A stretch of DNA of 64,000 bases from an uncultured Rhabdochlamydiaceae bacterium (GCA_963712275.1 CAVQHD010000001.1:320001-384000); one strand, 5' to 3'. Numbered from the stretch's first letter, positions 39,879 through 49,652 are shown. Made by a program: numbers and translations. The notes: generated by a model not told the origin, from the letters alone.

Positions 39879-40865
39879 TTAGCGATCTTGTTTGATTTCC
39901 TGGCTTGGTTTAAGGAATGCCTGAAGGTGATCAAAAAACTCTTCAGGTTTTTCAACATAGGGAAAATGACCGCAGTTCTTCATCACAACAAATTTAGACT
40001 GGGAAATATTTTTATGAGTATTTTGAGCAGTACTCAGAGGAATTGCATCAACATCCCCATGAATAATCAAAGTTTTACACTTCAGCATTTGAAGGCCACT
40101 TTGCAAATTAAATGGCTGTGAAAAGAAATTTTGGGCTAAAATGCCATATACTTTAGACCCATTTAGGTTAGACCTAGGCGACATTGTCAAGTTGAGATTC
40201 TCAGCTTTTTTAGCATCGAAGCAGTAAGGGCCAAACATAATTCTAAAAAATTTGGCAACCGTTGATGAATCTCCCTCTTTAAAAGCTTGAGAAGCTTCAA
40301 TTCGGTGCATTTCTTCTATGTGAGGAGCCATCCGCTGAGTCCATTCTTTAGCAAACAAAGCATGATCATCTGAACAAGAAGGTGTAGGACTGAGCAAGAT
40401 GAGCTTATCCATCGCTTCTGGATGAGCAATGGCATATTGCATAGATAGAAGACCACCAAATGAGTGCCCAAGGAGGGAAACTTGTTTAAACCCAAATGCT
40501 TTTCGGATCGCGTCTAGATCATTAACAAAGGTGCTCATTTGGATGAATTTGGGATCAACATCACCCGTAGATTCTCCGCTGCCTCTTTGGTCATAGAAAA
40601 TGACGAGGTTATGTTCTGCCAGCTTTTTGAGTTGGGGGAGCAAATAATCTTGAGAAAGGCCAGGACCTCCATGAACAACAATTAACGGTTCTCCTTTTCC
40701 CATGACACGGCAGAATAGTTTGGCCTGATCGACTTCTACAAACGTTTCCTTAACATCACCCGGGAAATTGGGTATATTAAGCTCTTGCTCATTGAGCTTC
40801 TTCGTATCTTGTACGGCGCTTAATACAAGCGGTATAGCAAGAAGACACCAGATAATTTTTTTCAC
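39879..40865 (-). CDS. Secreted alpha/beta hydrolase (proline iminopeptidase-like)
   Basis: HGGPG, YDQRGSG, GHSFGG, CGHFP; likely GTG start at 40865 after GGAGGA, giving a signal peptide. Confidence 0.87.
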   Translation of the reverse strand: MKKIIWCLLAIPLVLSAVQDTKKLNEQELNIPNFPGDVKETFVEVDQAKLFCRVMGKGEPLIVVHGGPGLSQDYLLPQLKKLAEHNLVIFYDQRGSGESTGDVDPKFIQMSTFVNDLDAIRKAFGFKQVSLLGHSFGGLLSMQYAIAHPEAMDKLILLSPTPSCSDDHALFAKEWTQRMAPHIEEMHRIEASQAFKEGDSSTVAKFFRIMFGPYCFDAKKAENLNLTMSPRSNLNGSKVYGILAQNFFSQPFNLQSGLQMLKCKTLIIHGDVDAIPLSTAQNTHKNISQSKFVVMKNCGHFPYVEKPEEFFDHLQAFLKPSQEIKQDR

Positions 40866-40936
40866 AGATCCTCCTATGAAATATAGACCCCAGTTTACGC
40901 TTCTAGAGGTAAAATTGTCCAATCTATAGTATTTCT

Positions 40937-41668
40937 CTAAGCAAAATCTAACAGCAAGGGGCAATGATCGGAGACCTCGTCTTTTAAGACTTCAAAATGG
41001 TTGACGGTGACTTTAGAGGTGAGAATATAATCGGCAAATTGTTCCTTTTTTTCCTTTGGATAAAAGCTCGTACGTGTCGAGGCGACGTTATAAGTTCGAA
41101 TCAAATTGCTCATGCCCTGCTCGAGAATTTTCATGCTTTCCGTATCGGGCCGTAAATTGAAATCGCCGCATATGATTTTAGGCGCATCGATGCCGTCCGT
41201 AAACTCTCTAATTTTTCGAGACTGCGCAATTCTTTCTGGGGCATCTGCTTTACCCATTCCGTTCCAGAGACCATGGACATTTATGATGACGTGATTTTGA
41301 TTGTTGATACGACATTCCACCCACTGTAAATTTCTAGAATGTGTGGGGCCAAGCCCTTGATAATCAGGATTGTGGTGGATCATGACTTCTCCTTCCCCAA
41401 ACAGATCAATATCACTTTTAATGAACATGCCGATGCCATAGATATTGCCTACAACAGGTCTGAAAAATGACCGATGGCACGAAAGCAGCGCTTGCAGTTC
41501 TGAAAAGATGTTCAGACTAACAGCTCTATCTTCCGTTGATATCTTCTTCGGGGCGTTATGATAAACCTCTTGAAAACAGAAAATATCAATTTCTCGATGG
41601 GCCCTGATGAATTTTAAAAGAGGATCGCGTACATGCCCGCCCCAGATGTTGAGCGTAATAAGTTTCAT
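40937..41668 (-). CDS. Endonuclease/exonuclease/phosphatase family protein
   Basis: ITLNIW, FQEV, ICGDFN, ADYI, SDHCPL motifs; likely ATG at 41668. Confidence 0.88.
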   Translation of the reverse strand: MKLITLNIWGGHVRDPLLKFIRAHREIDIFCFQEVYHNAPKKISTEDRAVSLNIFSELQALLSCHRSFFRPVVGNIYGIGMFIKSDIDLFGEGEVMIHHNPDYQGLGPTHSRNLQWVECRINNQNHVIINVHGLWNGMGKADAPERIAQSRKIREFTDGIDAPKIICGDFNLRPDTESMKILEQGMSNLIRTYNVASTRTSFYPKEKKEQFADYILTSKVTVNHFEVLKDEVSDHCPLLLDFA

Positions 41669-41696
41669 CCAAACACCAACATTGACATCCTTTGCA

Positions 41697-42350
41697 TTAG
41701 GTTTTTGCAGAATAGGGCATAGAAATAGGCCTATATTCATAAGGGCAAGTTACTGAAATCGAGCAAGAAGAATCGGTGACAACTGGAAGAAGGCACCGTT
41801 CAAGATGCTCCACACGAATTTTTGTTTTATCAGAAGAAACCTGCATGAGCTCTCTGCTATGATAAAGGCCAGGAGGAGCTACCGTTGTAATGCGCTTTTT
41901 GGGGAACCATTCTCTTACCATCCGAATGGCGGGTGTAAGATCGGAATCATTCGACACAACAAGGGCACGGTCAAAGCGATTTCCATAGGCTAAATTGAGA
42001 AGAAATAGTGCAATATTAACATCCGTTTCTTTCTCTTCATGACCAACCCACTTGTGGTTACAAGCAGGACATTTTCTATTCTTGATTTTGAACTGTCCAA
42101 GAATGGGTATAATTCCCCGCAATTTTAAAGCCCGAATATATGTTTTTTGGCATTCTTGCTTAGACTTATCAACATGCTCTGCATAGGCTGAGAAATAGAA
42201 TGTTTCGCAGAGTTCTTCTGAATAAGACTTTAGGAATACTTTCGAAAGGGCTCTTAAATCTACCCATTTTAATTCCGGACGATGAAGATTTGAAATAGCA
42301 TGATAGAGGTTAAAACCGTCGATAAAAGAGATAACCCCTTGTCGATTCAT
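41697..42350 (-). CDS. NYN domain (LabA/DUF88, PIN-fold) predicted ribonuclease with CxxC insert
   Basis: FIDGFNLY, KCPACNH, EEKETDVNIA, VSNDSDLTP motifs; likely ATG at 42350. Confidence 0.88.
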   Translation of the reverse strand: MNRQGVISFIDGFNLYHAISNLHRPELKWVDLRALSKVFLKSYSEELCETFYFSAYAEHVDKSKQECQKTYIRALKLRGIIPILGQFKIKNRKCPACNHKWVGHEEKETDVNIALFLLNLAYGNRFDRALVVSNDSDLTPAIRMVREWFPKKRITTVAPPGLYHSRELMQVSSDKTKIRVEHLERCLLPVVTDSSCSISVTCPYEYRPISMPYSAKT

Positions 42351-42359
42351 GATTGCTCG

Positions 42360-42420
42360 AAAAAACGTGCCGCGGGTCGGAACCCGCGGCTTTCCCACGA
42401 AATGATCATGGGGGACTATG
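42360..42420 (-). ncRNA. Candidate ~60-nt two-hairpin leader or small RNA upstream of the NYN gene
   Basis: Minus strand: CCCAUG/CGUGGG hairpin, then GCCGCGGGU-UCCG-ACCCGCGGC hairpin followed by ACGUUUUUU. Confidence 0.5.
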
Positions 42421-42425
42421 CACTT

Positions 42426-42454
42426 ATGATAATGGGTTATAGTGTTTTCTGCAA
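42426..42454 (-). promoter_or_regulatory. Sigma66/70-like promoter for the NYN leader
   Basis: TTGCAG (42454-42449), 17 bp, TATCAT (42431-42426). Confidence 0.55.
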
Positions 42455-42487
42455 ACTAGAAAGATCTGTATTCAAAAAACAACCACT

Positions 42488-42913
42488 TTACTCCTCTACA
42501 ATCTCAGGGTATTTTTCTGGATCTGCTAAGCAATACTTTTCACCAAAACTGCCGGGAAGATGCTCCGCTACAGTAACAAACTTCCGTCCTTGAAACCCAC
42601 CGCGCTCTTGGTGCTTTTCCTCTTGAAGACGAATAATATCTTGTAAAGTCACGCCATACAGATCGCAAAGAGAAGTGATAACCTCTAAAACATCTGCAAG
42701 TTCTTCCAGTACAGATTCTTTTGTTTTTGCGCTGCAAACTTCCTGCGCTTCCTCCAGAAATTTTACTTTAAGCTGCTCTAAAAACTCATCGGTGCCCAGC
42801 ATTGACCAAGAAATTTTAGATCCCATTTGCTCCAAACGCTCAACAGCCTTGTCTCTCCATAATTTATTTTGTTTAAACTTTCGAAATTTCACATGAGCTT
42901 CTTCTATGATCAC
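42488..42913 (-). CDS. MazG-like nucleoside triphosphate pyrophosphohydrolase (PRA-PH/COG4997 type)
   Basis: NKLWRDK, KFLEEAQE, EELADVLEV, ERGGF motifs. Confidence 0.85.
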   Translation of the reverse strand: MIIEEAHVKFRKFKQNKLWRDKAVERLEQMGSKISWSMLGTDEFLEQLKVKFLEEAQEVCSAKTKESVLEELADVLEVITSLCDLYGVTLQDIIRLQEEKHQERGGFQGRKFVTVAEHLPGSFGEKYCLADPEKYPEIVEE

Positions 42914-42985
42914 ATATGTCTCCTTATATTAAGCGTAATATAACTGTTTTGATCTTGTCAGACTATATATTTTATTTTTTAAAAT

Positions 42986-43014
42986 TTGAAAAATAACAAG
43001 GATTATGTTAAAAT
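42986..43014 (+). promoter_or_regulatory. Sigma66/70-like promoter
   Basis: TTGAAA, 17 bp, TAAAAT with TG extension; supports the ATG at 43056. Confidence 0.5.
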
Positions 43015-43055
43015 GTTTTTGTTTTTGCAGGGTAAATAGACTTAAGGAGCGTTCG

Positions 43056-44480
43056 ATGTCAATTAGCCGTTTAAATTTTTTAAACTTACAAGCGCAAGCC
43101 TTCTCCCCTTTTTTTCAACAAAACTGGAAAAAAATTGCGTTGTTAGTTGGAGGGGTCGTTCTTACTTGTATTGCACGCATGGTTTATTCCAAGTTCTCGC
43201 CTCCCAGTAAAGACCCAAAAAAGACAGCTACCCCTCTTAACCCGCCTCCTGCAAACCCCATCCCCAATCGCACCTCTCCTCCTGCGACCCAGGAGCAACA
43301 GGGACCCACAATATTAACCCGCTCTTCAACTCCAACGGGGAATCAAGGAAAAAAACGTTGCCCTCCTCAATTGTTTCTAAAAACTCTGACTGGGAGGACA
43401 ATCACTGCCCAACTGACTTCAACTCAAACGTTGATAGACTTTGTCAGCAATGTAACCCAAGAGCTCAATCCTCAGTCTGACCCTATGGGACCGTCTTATC
43501 ATGAGATACGGATTATAGTCGGGGGAAAGCTTTTAAATACTGCTGGGACCGAATACCTTACGATGGAAGAGTTAAATGACTATTATCAATTTCAACTAAT
43601 AAATAGAATTGATATTGTCTTAAATACAATGAGTCCTGACGCTGCCAGCATTTGCTACTTGCTTCTACAAGAACAGAAAGAAACCATTAATAGAATATGT
43701 TTGTTTGATGATGACATAGATGAGAAAGAAAATAAAAAAAATGCTGTGCAAGCTTTCCAAGCAGCTGTTCATTCGTACTGCGATCGGATTATGAGGGGTA
43801 AGTTTTCAGCAGCAAGCAATCCTGAGTTAGAGACACTAAAAACCGTATTTTCTACAATCATTCAGAAACTCTCGCCAGAAGCCGATGACCCCCAGAGTAT
43901 ACACTATCGAGCAAAAAAATATTTTAATTATCTTTTAGATAAGGTTTCCATTGCCTCAACCCTCTTTCAAAAATCTTACGACAGCCTTTTGCAGGAAATC
44001 GATATGAAATTGAAAACAATGCCTTCTCCGACTCGTGAATCAGGATCTTCATTCTCTGTTCGTTTAAAGAATTGCTTTTATCCCTTTAGCTCTTTAGATA
44101 CGTTGGCACAACATTCCGACTACTTTAATGCATTTAAACACATGAACCCATCTTCCTTCACTTGCACAATCGACGCAGGAACAGATCAAAGGATCGATGA
44201 AGGGATCTGCGCGGCGCTGAAATCCGCTTTATCGTATTTACAAGGGAACGCAATTGACCTCTCAGAGCCGTACTCTCTTCTTCAAGCCGCTCTCTTTTTA
44301 CAAATCCCTCGTTTAGTATTAATGTGTGAAGAAGCCTTAATTAAGGCTGTTCAAGACGATCCAGATAATATTAATATGCAAGGATTTACCGACTCGGACT
44401 TGCGCTTGCTCAAAGTACAAGCTCCCTACTTTTATCAAGCTTTAAATTTAGCAGGGAAGATCCAAGGGAACCAAGTCTAA
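43056..44480 (+). CDS. Candidate effector: TM segment, Pro-rich linker, ubiquitin-like domain and C-terminal BTB/POZ-like domain
   Basis: QLFLKTLTGRTIT...IRIIVGGKLL resembles ubiquitin; LAQHSDYFNA...LLQAALFLQIPRLVLMCEEAL resembles BTB; AAGGAG RBS before ATG 43056. Confidence 0.75.
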   Translation: MSISRLNFLNLQAQAFSPFFQQNWKKIALLVGGVVLTCIARMVYSKFSPPSKDPKKTATPLNPPPANPIPNRTSPPATQEQQGPTILTRSSTPTGNQGKKRCPPQLFLKTLTGRTITAQLTSTQTLIDFVSNVTQELNPQSDPMGPSYHEIRIIVGGKLLNTAGTEYLTMEELNDYYQFQLINRIDIVLNTMSPDAASICYLLLQEQKETINRICLFDDDIDEKENKKNAVQAFQAAVHSYCDRIMRGKFSAASNPELETLKTVFSTIIQKLSPEADDPQSIHYRAKKYFNYLLDKVSIASTLFQKSYDSLLQEIDMKLKTMPSPTRESGSSFSVRLKNCFYPFSSLDTLAQHSDYFNAFKHMNPSSFTCTIDAGTDQRIDEGICAALKSALSYLQGNAIDLSEPYSLLQAALFLQIPRLVLMCEEALIKAVQDDPDNINMQGFTDSDLRLLKVQAPYFYQALNLAGKIQGNQV

Positions 44481-44484
44481 CCGG

Positions 44485-45852
44485 TTATTTCCCAACGCAA
44501 AACTTGGAAAAGATAGCGCTTAAGATCTCTTCGGCAATGTCTTGGCCGATAATGGTCCCAAGCTCTCTTAGGGCTGCTCGCATATCGGCGGATAAAAATT
44601 CGGGGGAGACTCCTTTCTTGAGCCCTTCGATGACTTGATACACGCTTTGAATCGCATGGTCAAGCGCTTGCCAATGCCGAACATGCGTAATGACCACTTC
44701 TTCCTTGGAGGGGGCTCCCCGTTTCCAAATTTTTGCCTGAATCGTTTCTTTAAGCTGGGCAAGGCCACGTCCTTCTTTTGCTGAAATAGGGATTGCCTCG
44801 GGAGGAGGCGTGTGAGGCGAGGAAAGATCGACTTTATTCCAGATAAGCAGAGTGCTGGAAGAGGGGGTCTGGCTTAAAATTGCTTGATCTTGCGCTTCGA
44901 TTCCACGAGAGGCATCGAGAACAACCAAAATGAGGTCGGCTTCTTTAAGCGCTTGAAAGGAGCGGCGGATTCCTTCTTGTTCAACCGTTTCATGGGCCTG
45001 CCGAATGCCCGCTGTATCGACAAGCCGAAAATGAAGTCCTCCAATGCTTAGATCGGCCTCTAGGAGATCGCGTGTAGTCCCTGGAATGTCAGTGACGATC
45101 GCCCGATCTTTGCCAAGCAGGGCATTCATGAGAGACGATTTCCCTACATTGGGAGCGCCGGCTAAACAAAGAGTGAGCCCCTCATGGAGCATCTTCCCTT
45201 CCTCAAATGTTTGACTAAGCGCCCCCATCTCTTGGGCCACTTTTAAAAGGGATAGAGTGATCTCTGGGGCAGAGGCAAATTCGAGCCCTTCTTCGGGAAA
45301 ATCGACCCAGGCTTCTAAAATGGCCGCAATCTCTATCAGCTCTTTTTGAAACTGCTGAATTTTTTTCGACAAAGCTCCTTGCAGCTGACTTTCCGCCGCC
45401 TGCAGCGCTAAATCATTTTTTGCTGCGATCAGAGCTTGAATCGCCTCCGCTTGGGCAAGGTCGAGCTTTCCATTCATATAAGCCTTAAAGGTAAACTCTC
45501 CTGGAAGCGCTGCGCGTGCTCCCGCGTTAAGGACGGTCTGGAGAACCCGCCTAGTGATGAGGCTGCCGCCATGGCAATAAATTTCAACGGTCTCTTCTCC
45601 GGTGTAGGAGTGAGGCGCCTGCATTACAGCGATGAGAACTTCGTCGATGATTTGCCCTTTTTGATCGACGATCTTCCCGTAGTGCATCGTATGGCTCCGG
45701 TAAGAGCGCAGAGGTCCTGAATAAATCAGCGTCGCTATATCGACGGCTTGGGCTCCTGAAATACGAATGATGGCAACGCCGCCCTCTCCGGGAGGAGTGG
45801 CAACTGCAGCAATGGTTTCGCCTGGAATATAAGGACGATGAATAAAATGCAT
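44485..45852 (-). CDS. mnmE: tRNA modification GTPase MnmE
   Basis: ETIAAVATPPG, GAPNVGKSS, GTTRD, DTAG, FSKFCVGK C-terminus. Confidence 0.96.
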   Translation of the reverse strand: MHFIHRPYIPGETIAAVATPPGEGGVAIIRISGAQAVDIATLIYSGPLRSYRSHTMHYGKIVDQKGQIIDEVLIAVMQAPHSYTGEETVEIYCHGGSLITRRVLQTVLNAGARAALPGEFTFKAYMNGKLDLAQAEAIQALIAAKNDLALQAAESQLQGALSKKIQQFQKELIEIAAILEAWVDFPEEGLEFASAPEITLSLLKVAQEMGALSQTFEEGKMLHEGLTLCLAGAPNVGKSSLMNALLGKDRAIVTDIPGTTRDLLEADLSIGGLHFRLVDTAGIRQAHETVEQEGIRRSFQALKEADLILVVLDASRGIEAQDQAILSQTPSSSTLLIWNKVDLSSPHTPPPEAIPISAKEGRGLAQLKETIQAKIWKRGAPSKEEVVITHVRHWQALDHAIQSVYQVIEGLKKGVSPEFLSADMRAALRELGTIIGQDIAEEILSAIFSKFCVGK

Positions 45853-45873
45853 AAAATTGAGGTTATTATACTC

Positions 45874-46461
45874 TTACAGCGAGCGGAGAGCCAGCGTAAT
45901 CAGCTCGGAGAGAGAGGGTTCTTTCGCTTGCTCGTGAAGAATTTTTTTAATTGTCTTCTGTACTTCCAGGGGGTGATAGCCCAGATTAGCGAGGGCAGAG
46001 ATCGTGTCTGCAACGACAGAGCCTCCTTTAACTGAAGGATTGGTATCCGAGCGAGGGATATTTTGAAATTTATCTTTAAGCTCGATGATGAGCCGCTCGG
46101 CTGTTTTCTTCCCAATACCGGGGATCTTTGAAAGGAGGGGGCTATTGGCCTGCAAGACGGCAAGTTGAAAGTCGGTTACATCAACATGCCCAAGGATGGC
46201 AACGGCTGTCTTGGGTCCAATTCCACTAATCGCTGTCAGGTTGTGAAATAAATTTTTTTCATCCACGGTCAAAAACCCATATAATGTGTGCCCATCTTCG
46301 CGGATCACAGGCGCCACATAAAGGAAAATTTCAGAGCCTATTTGAGGAAGCTTTTGAAATGTTTTAAGAGAGATCTGGATTGCATATCCGACTCCACCCA
46401 CATCCAGAATTGCTTTTGTCGGTGTCGATTGAACTAACTGACCGCGGAAAAATTCAAACAT
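45874..46461 (-). CDS. ruvA: Holliday junction branch migration protein RuvA
   Basis: DVGGVGY, ISGIGPKTA, IPGIGKKTAERLIIELKDK. Confidence 0.96.
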   Translation of the reverse strand: MFEFFRGQLVQSTPTKAILDVGGVGYAIQISLKTFQKLPQIGSEIFLYVAPVIREDGHTLYGFLTVDEKNLFHNLTAISGIGPKTAVAILGHVDVTDFQLAVLQANSPLLSKIPGIGKKTAERLIIELKDKFQNIPRSDTNPSVKGGSVVADTISALANLGYHPLEVQKTIKKILHEQAKEPSLSELITLALRSL

Positions 46462-46963
46462 CTAATAGACCTCCTGCGTAACTAAGGGTTCGTCTACTCT
46501 TATAATTGGCATGGCAGATTGCAATCGCAAGCGCATCGGCTGCATCTGCAGGTTGAGGAGGATGTGAAAGGCCAAGCTCTACTTGAACCCTTTGCTGCAC
46601 TTGATGTTTACTTGCGGCTCCATGGCCCACAACGGCAAGCTTGACTTTTCGTGGGGCATACTCAAACAACGGAACCTTCCACCGTGCAGCTGCAATACCA
46701 ACCGCTCCTTGAGCTCTTCCAAGTTTGAGCGCGCTTTGCACATTTTTATAAACGAATTGACTTTCAACTGCAACAGCTTCTGGGCAAAATTGTTTAATCA
46801 GATGTTCGATTGCCTCAAAAATGACGAGATATTTCTCATTCCCTTTTGCGGTAGGCGGCGGACGAATAGCTCCAAAATCAAGTGGAATCCATGATCGATT
46901 TTGAGCTTGAATCACCCCATAACCCGTCACCTGCGTTCCGGGATCAATGCCGAGAATGATCAC
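46454..46963 (-). CDS. ruvC: Crossover junction endodeoxyribonuclease RuvC
   Basis: ILGIDPG, AVESQF, DAADALAIAICH. Confidence 0.96.
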   Translation of the reverse strand: MIILGIDPGTQVTGYGVIQAQNRSWIPLDFGAIRPPPTAKGNEKYLVIFEAIEHLIKQFCPEAVAVESQFVYKNVQSALKLGRAQGAVGIAAARWKVPLFEYAPRKVKLAVVGHGAASKHQVQQRVQVELGLSHPPQPADAADALAIAICHANYKSRRTLSYAGGLLDV

Positions 46964-48858
46964 TTAAACCCAATCATGTCTTTCACAATGTTGACAGCCT
47001 CCTCCATTTGCAGATCACTCAGTCCAATGTCAAGATTCTCTTCTCCCATGTGTTTTAGGAAGGTCTGAAAATCAGGATTGTGGTCGATCCGGTATTGACT
47101 ATTGGCTTTAAGTGTGGGGAGCATTTGAACCCATGCAGATTCTTTTTTCTGCAGGTGGGGAAGATAATTTTTCTGGAACCAGAGCCTGGTTGAGCCATGG
47201 ATGTCTGTGAGAGGATCCATATAGGCAGGTGCAATTTGATCATTTTTGAGAGCATACTCAAGATACCGCTCGCCAATGTTATAGGGAGCATAGGCTGTGG
47301 GAACATGAACATCGGCCTGAACTCCTTCGATTTGGGTTGACCGTCCGGAAACGGTATAATATTTTCCAACGGTGACTTTAAAATAAGCCACAGCAGAAGG
47401 ATCTGTGACCGTTTGATACTGAATCGATCCTTTCCCATAGGTTCGAGAGTCGCCCACGACAAGCCCAATCCCATAATCTTGGAGCCCCTGCGCAACGATC
47501 TCTGCAGCAGAGGCCGACATTTTAGACGTCAAAATGACAAGAGGTCCATTGTAATAGACACGAGGATCAATATTTCTCATGTATTGGATTTCACCTTGGG
47601 CATATTTAGAAACAACCACCACCCCATTTGTCATGAAAAGCCCAGCCACCTTGACAGCTTGGCTCAAAAATCCTCCAAGATTATCTCGCATATCGAGAAC
47701 AAGCCCCAAAAGATTCCCTTGCTTTTTCAGCTGCCGGAGCGCCTCTCGAATATCGGCTTCACAACTAGGAGCGCCAGAACTTTCATAAAAAGAGGGAAGC
47801 ATGATTTTCCCAATGATTCCATCACCGAAAGGCTCTGCTGAATAGATCAGCCTCTCATCTTCGAGGACAATTTTTTCACGCTTTAAAGCAACCTTAACAA
47901 ATGACTCTGTATTATCATCTAGGTTCCGCTTCAAGCCAAGGTCAATCTCTTTCTTCCCATCCCCTTTCAATTGCTCAAGCACTTCATAATAAGAGCTGCT
48001 TGCCATAGGACGCCCATTCACTTCAATTAGAAGATCACCGACGCGAACCTGCCCCGATTTAGCTGCAGGACCTCCCTTGATGAGGTCAACAATTTCAATC
48101 CCATCGAGTCCCTCCCTTAAAACAACCCCAATACCTTCCAACTGCTTTTCCAAAGATGAGCGCATTTCATACGCCTCTTGGGGGCTGAAATAAGCCGTGT
48201 GGGCATCGAGCCCTCGAGACATCGCCTTTAAAATGTGCAAGGCAAAGTCGTGCTGCCCTCCTGTTTGCGATGGGACGTAGGCGCTTTCATAATGGGCAAA
48301 CCTCTTCTCAAAAAGGGCGCAGATCTTTTGCCGCCGCTGCTGGGTCCAAAACTCAGCATTTCCTCCACGATTTTCCAAAAGGAAAAGATGGAGTAGCTGG
48401 GCTCGAAGCCTTTTTCGCAACGCCTCTGCGTTTGATGCATATTGAGCCGATGCATCGTTTGCAACTTGAAGGACATCCCCTTTTTTAAGAAAATCTGCGT
48501 AAAATTCCTGCCTCCAAGCACGAGAGCGCAAAACAGCTTGAACAATGACTTGATTAAGGGTTGCAAATTCAGGGTATTCATCAGCGAAATAGTGATCGAT
48601 AATCTGTTCAATTTGAGAGGAGTTGATATCAAAAAAAGGCTTAACATCTGCAAGAGTAAAGTAGATTTTTTGAGCATCAAACTGCTCGATAAAGTTTTTA
48701 AACGCCCTTTTCATCAGAGTCGGCGTCATTTCACGAGTTTCGACGTGATAACTGAACATCTCTTCCATGGAGTTCCGGATATCTGTTAACCTGAGTTCAT
48801 GGCGAGCCGCTTGAAGAGAAACAGCGACAAGCGTAAAAAAAAGAAATATTAGCCTCAT
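46960..48858 (-). CDS. tsp: Tail-specific (carboxy-terminal processing) protease, S41 family with PDZ domain
   Basis: LDAHTAYF, GIGVVL PDZ, DMRDNLGG, SASAAEIVA, TYGKGSIQ. Confidence 0.9.
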   Translation of the reverse strand: MRLIFLFFTLVAVSLQAARHELRLTDIRNSMEEMFSYHVETREMTPTLMKRAFKNFIEQFDAQKIYFTLADVKPFFDINSSQIEQIIDHYFADEYPEFATLNQVIVQAVLRSRAWRQEFYADFLKKGDVLQVANDASAQYASNAEALRKRLRAQLLHLFLLENRGGNAEFWTQQRRQKICALFEKRFAHYESAYVPSQTGGQHDFALHILKAMSRGLDAHTAYFSPQEAYEMRSSLEKQLEGIGVVLREGLDGIEIVDLIKGGPAAKSGQVRVGDLLIEVNGRPMASSSYYEVLEQLKGDGKKEIDLGLKRNLDDNTESFVKVALKREKIVLEDERLIYSAEPFGDGIIGKIMLPSFYESSGAPSCEADIREALRQLKKQGNLLGLVLDMRDNLGGFLSQAVKVAGLFMTNGVVVVSKYAQGEIQYMRNIDPRVYYNGPLVILTSKMSASAAEIVAQGLQDYGIGLVVGDSRTYGKGSIQYQTVTDPSAVAYFKVTVGKYYTVSGRSTQIEGVQADVHVPTAYAPYNIGERYLEYALKNDQIAPAYMDPLTDIHGSTRLWFQKNYLPHLQKKESAWVQMLPTLKANSQYRIDHNPDFQTFLKHMGEENLDIGLSDLQMEEAVNIVKDMIGFK

Positions 48859-48936
48859 ATTGCCTTGTCTATTAAAATACTTAGAGGCAATTAAATTGCA
48901 CTCCTAATTTTTTTTGGTGATCTCGGATGTTAAATT

Positions 48937-49097
48937 ATTTCTTCACCACCGAGACACGGAGAGGGATGAGATTGCACAGAGAAATTCTTCTCTCTGTGCA
49001 ATCTCATCCCTCTCCGTGTCTCGGTGGTGAAGAAATGTAAATAAGCACGAGTGGGCAAAAGTTTCAAATATCTGCTCTAGTTTCCTATATCTTGCAA
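48937..49097. repeat. Family B palindromic element, copy 1, upstream of rpsL
   Basis: Perfect 46-bp arms 48937-48982 / 48991-49036; right extension to about 49097 is complementary to the left arm of copy 2. Confidence 0.9.
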
Positions 49098-49184
49098 GAG
49101 AGTTAAAGGGTGTTTGCAAAATAATCTCGCAATAAGCTATAGTTGCTTCTGAAAAACAGTTTTTCCATTTGTGAAGGAATATGA

Positions 49185-49556
49185 ATGCCAACAATTAACC
49201 AGTTAGTCCGATCAGGTCGACGTAGAAAAGAAAAACGTCGGAAATCCCCAGCCTTGCAGCAATCTCCCCAAAAGCGAGGGGTTTGTTTACAGGTGAAGAC
49301 TAAAACTCCAAAGAAGCCAAACTCAGCCCTTCGTAAAGTAGCCTGGGTCCGCCTTTCCAATGGTCAAGAAGTGATCGCCTATATTGGCGGCGAGGGGCAT
49401 AACCTCCAAGAGCACAGCATTGTGCTTGTGCGCGGAGGACGAGTTAAAGACCTTCCTGGTGTTCGTTACCACATCGTGCGCGGATCGTTGGATTGCGCTG
49501 CGGTTAAAGATCGCAAGCAAAGCAGATCCAAATATGGGGCTAAACAGCCCAAGTAG
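49185..49556 (+). CDS. rpsL: 30S ribosomal protein S12
   Basis: [30 protein letters not shown]. Confidence 0.99.
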   Translation: MPTINQLVRSGRRRKEKRRKSPALQQSPQKRGVCLQVKTKTPKKPNSALRKVAWVRLSNGQEVIAYIGGEGHNLQEHSIVLVRGGRVKDLPGVRYHIVRGSLDCAAVKDRKQSRSKYGAKQPK

Positions 49557-49652
49557 TAATTGAGGATAATTTCTAAAAATTATTCTAACTCAGTTTGAGT
49601 TTGCTCCTACAAAGGAGTGCAGTGAAGAATTTAAATTAGAAGGAATAAAGTT

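Noticed and set aside
43005..43055. Longer ORF-track starts for several genes (43005, 40964, 41740, 42398, 59897, 38085)
   Set aside because: Downstream starts fit the RBS, promoter position or family N-terminus better
48943..49360. ORFs 48943-49194 and 49103-49360, and similarly 55677-55865
   Set aside because: They read through family B palindromes or antisense to rpsL; no coding evidence
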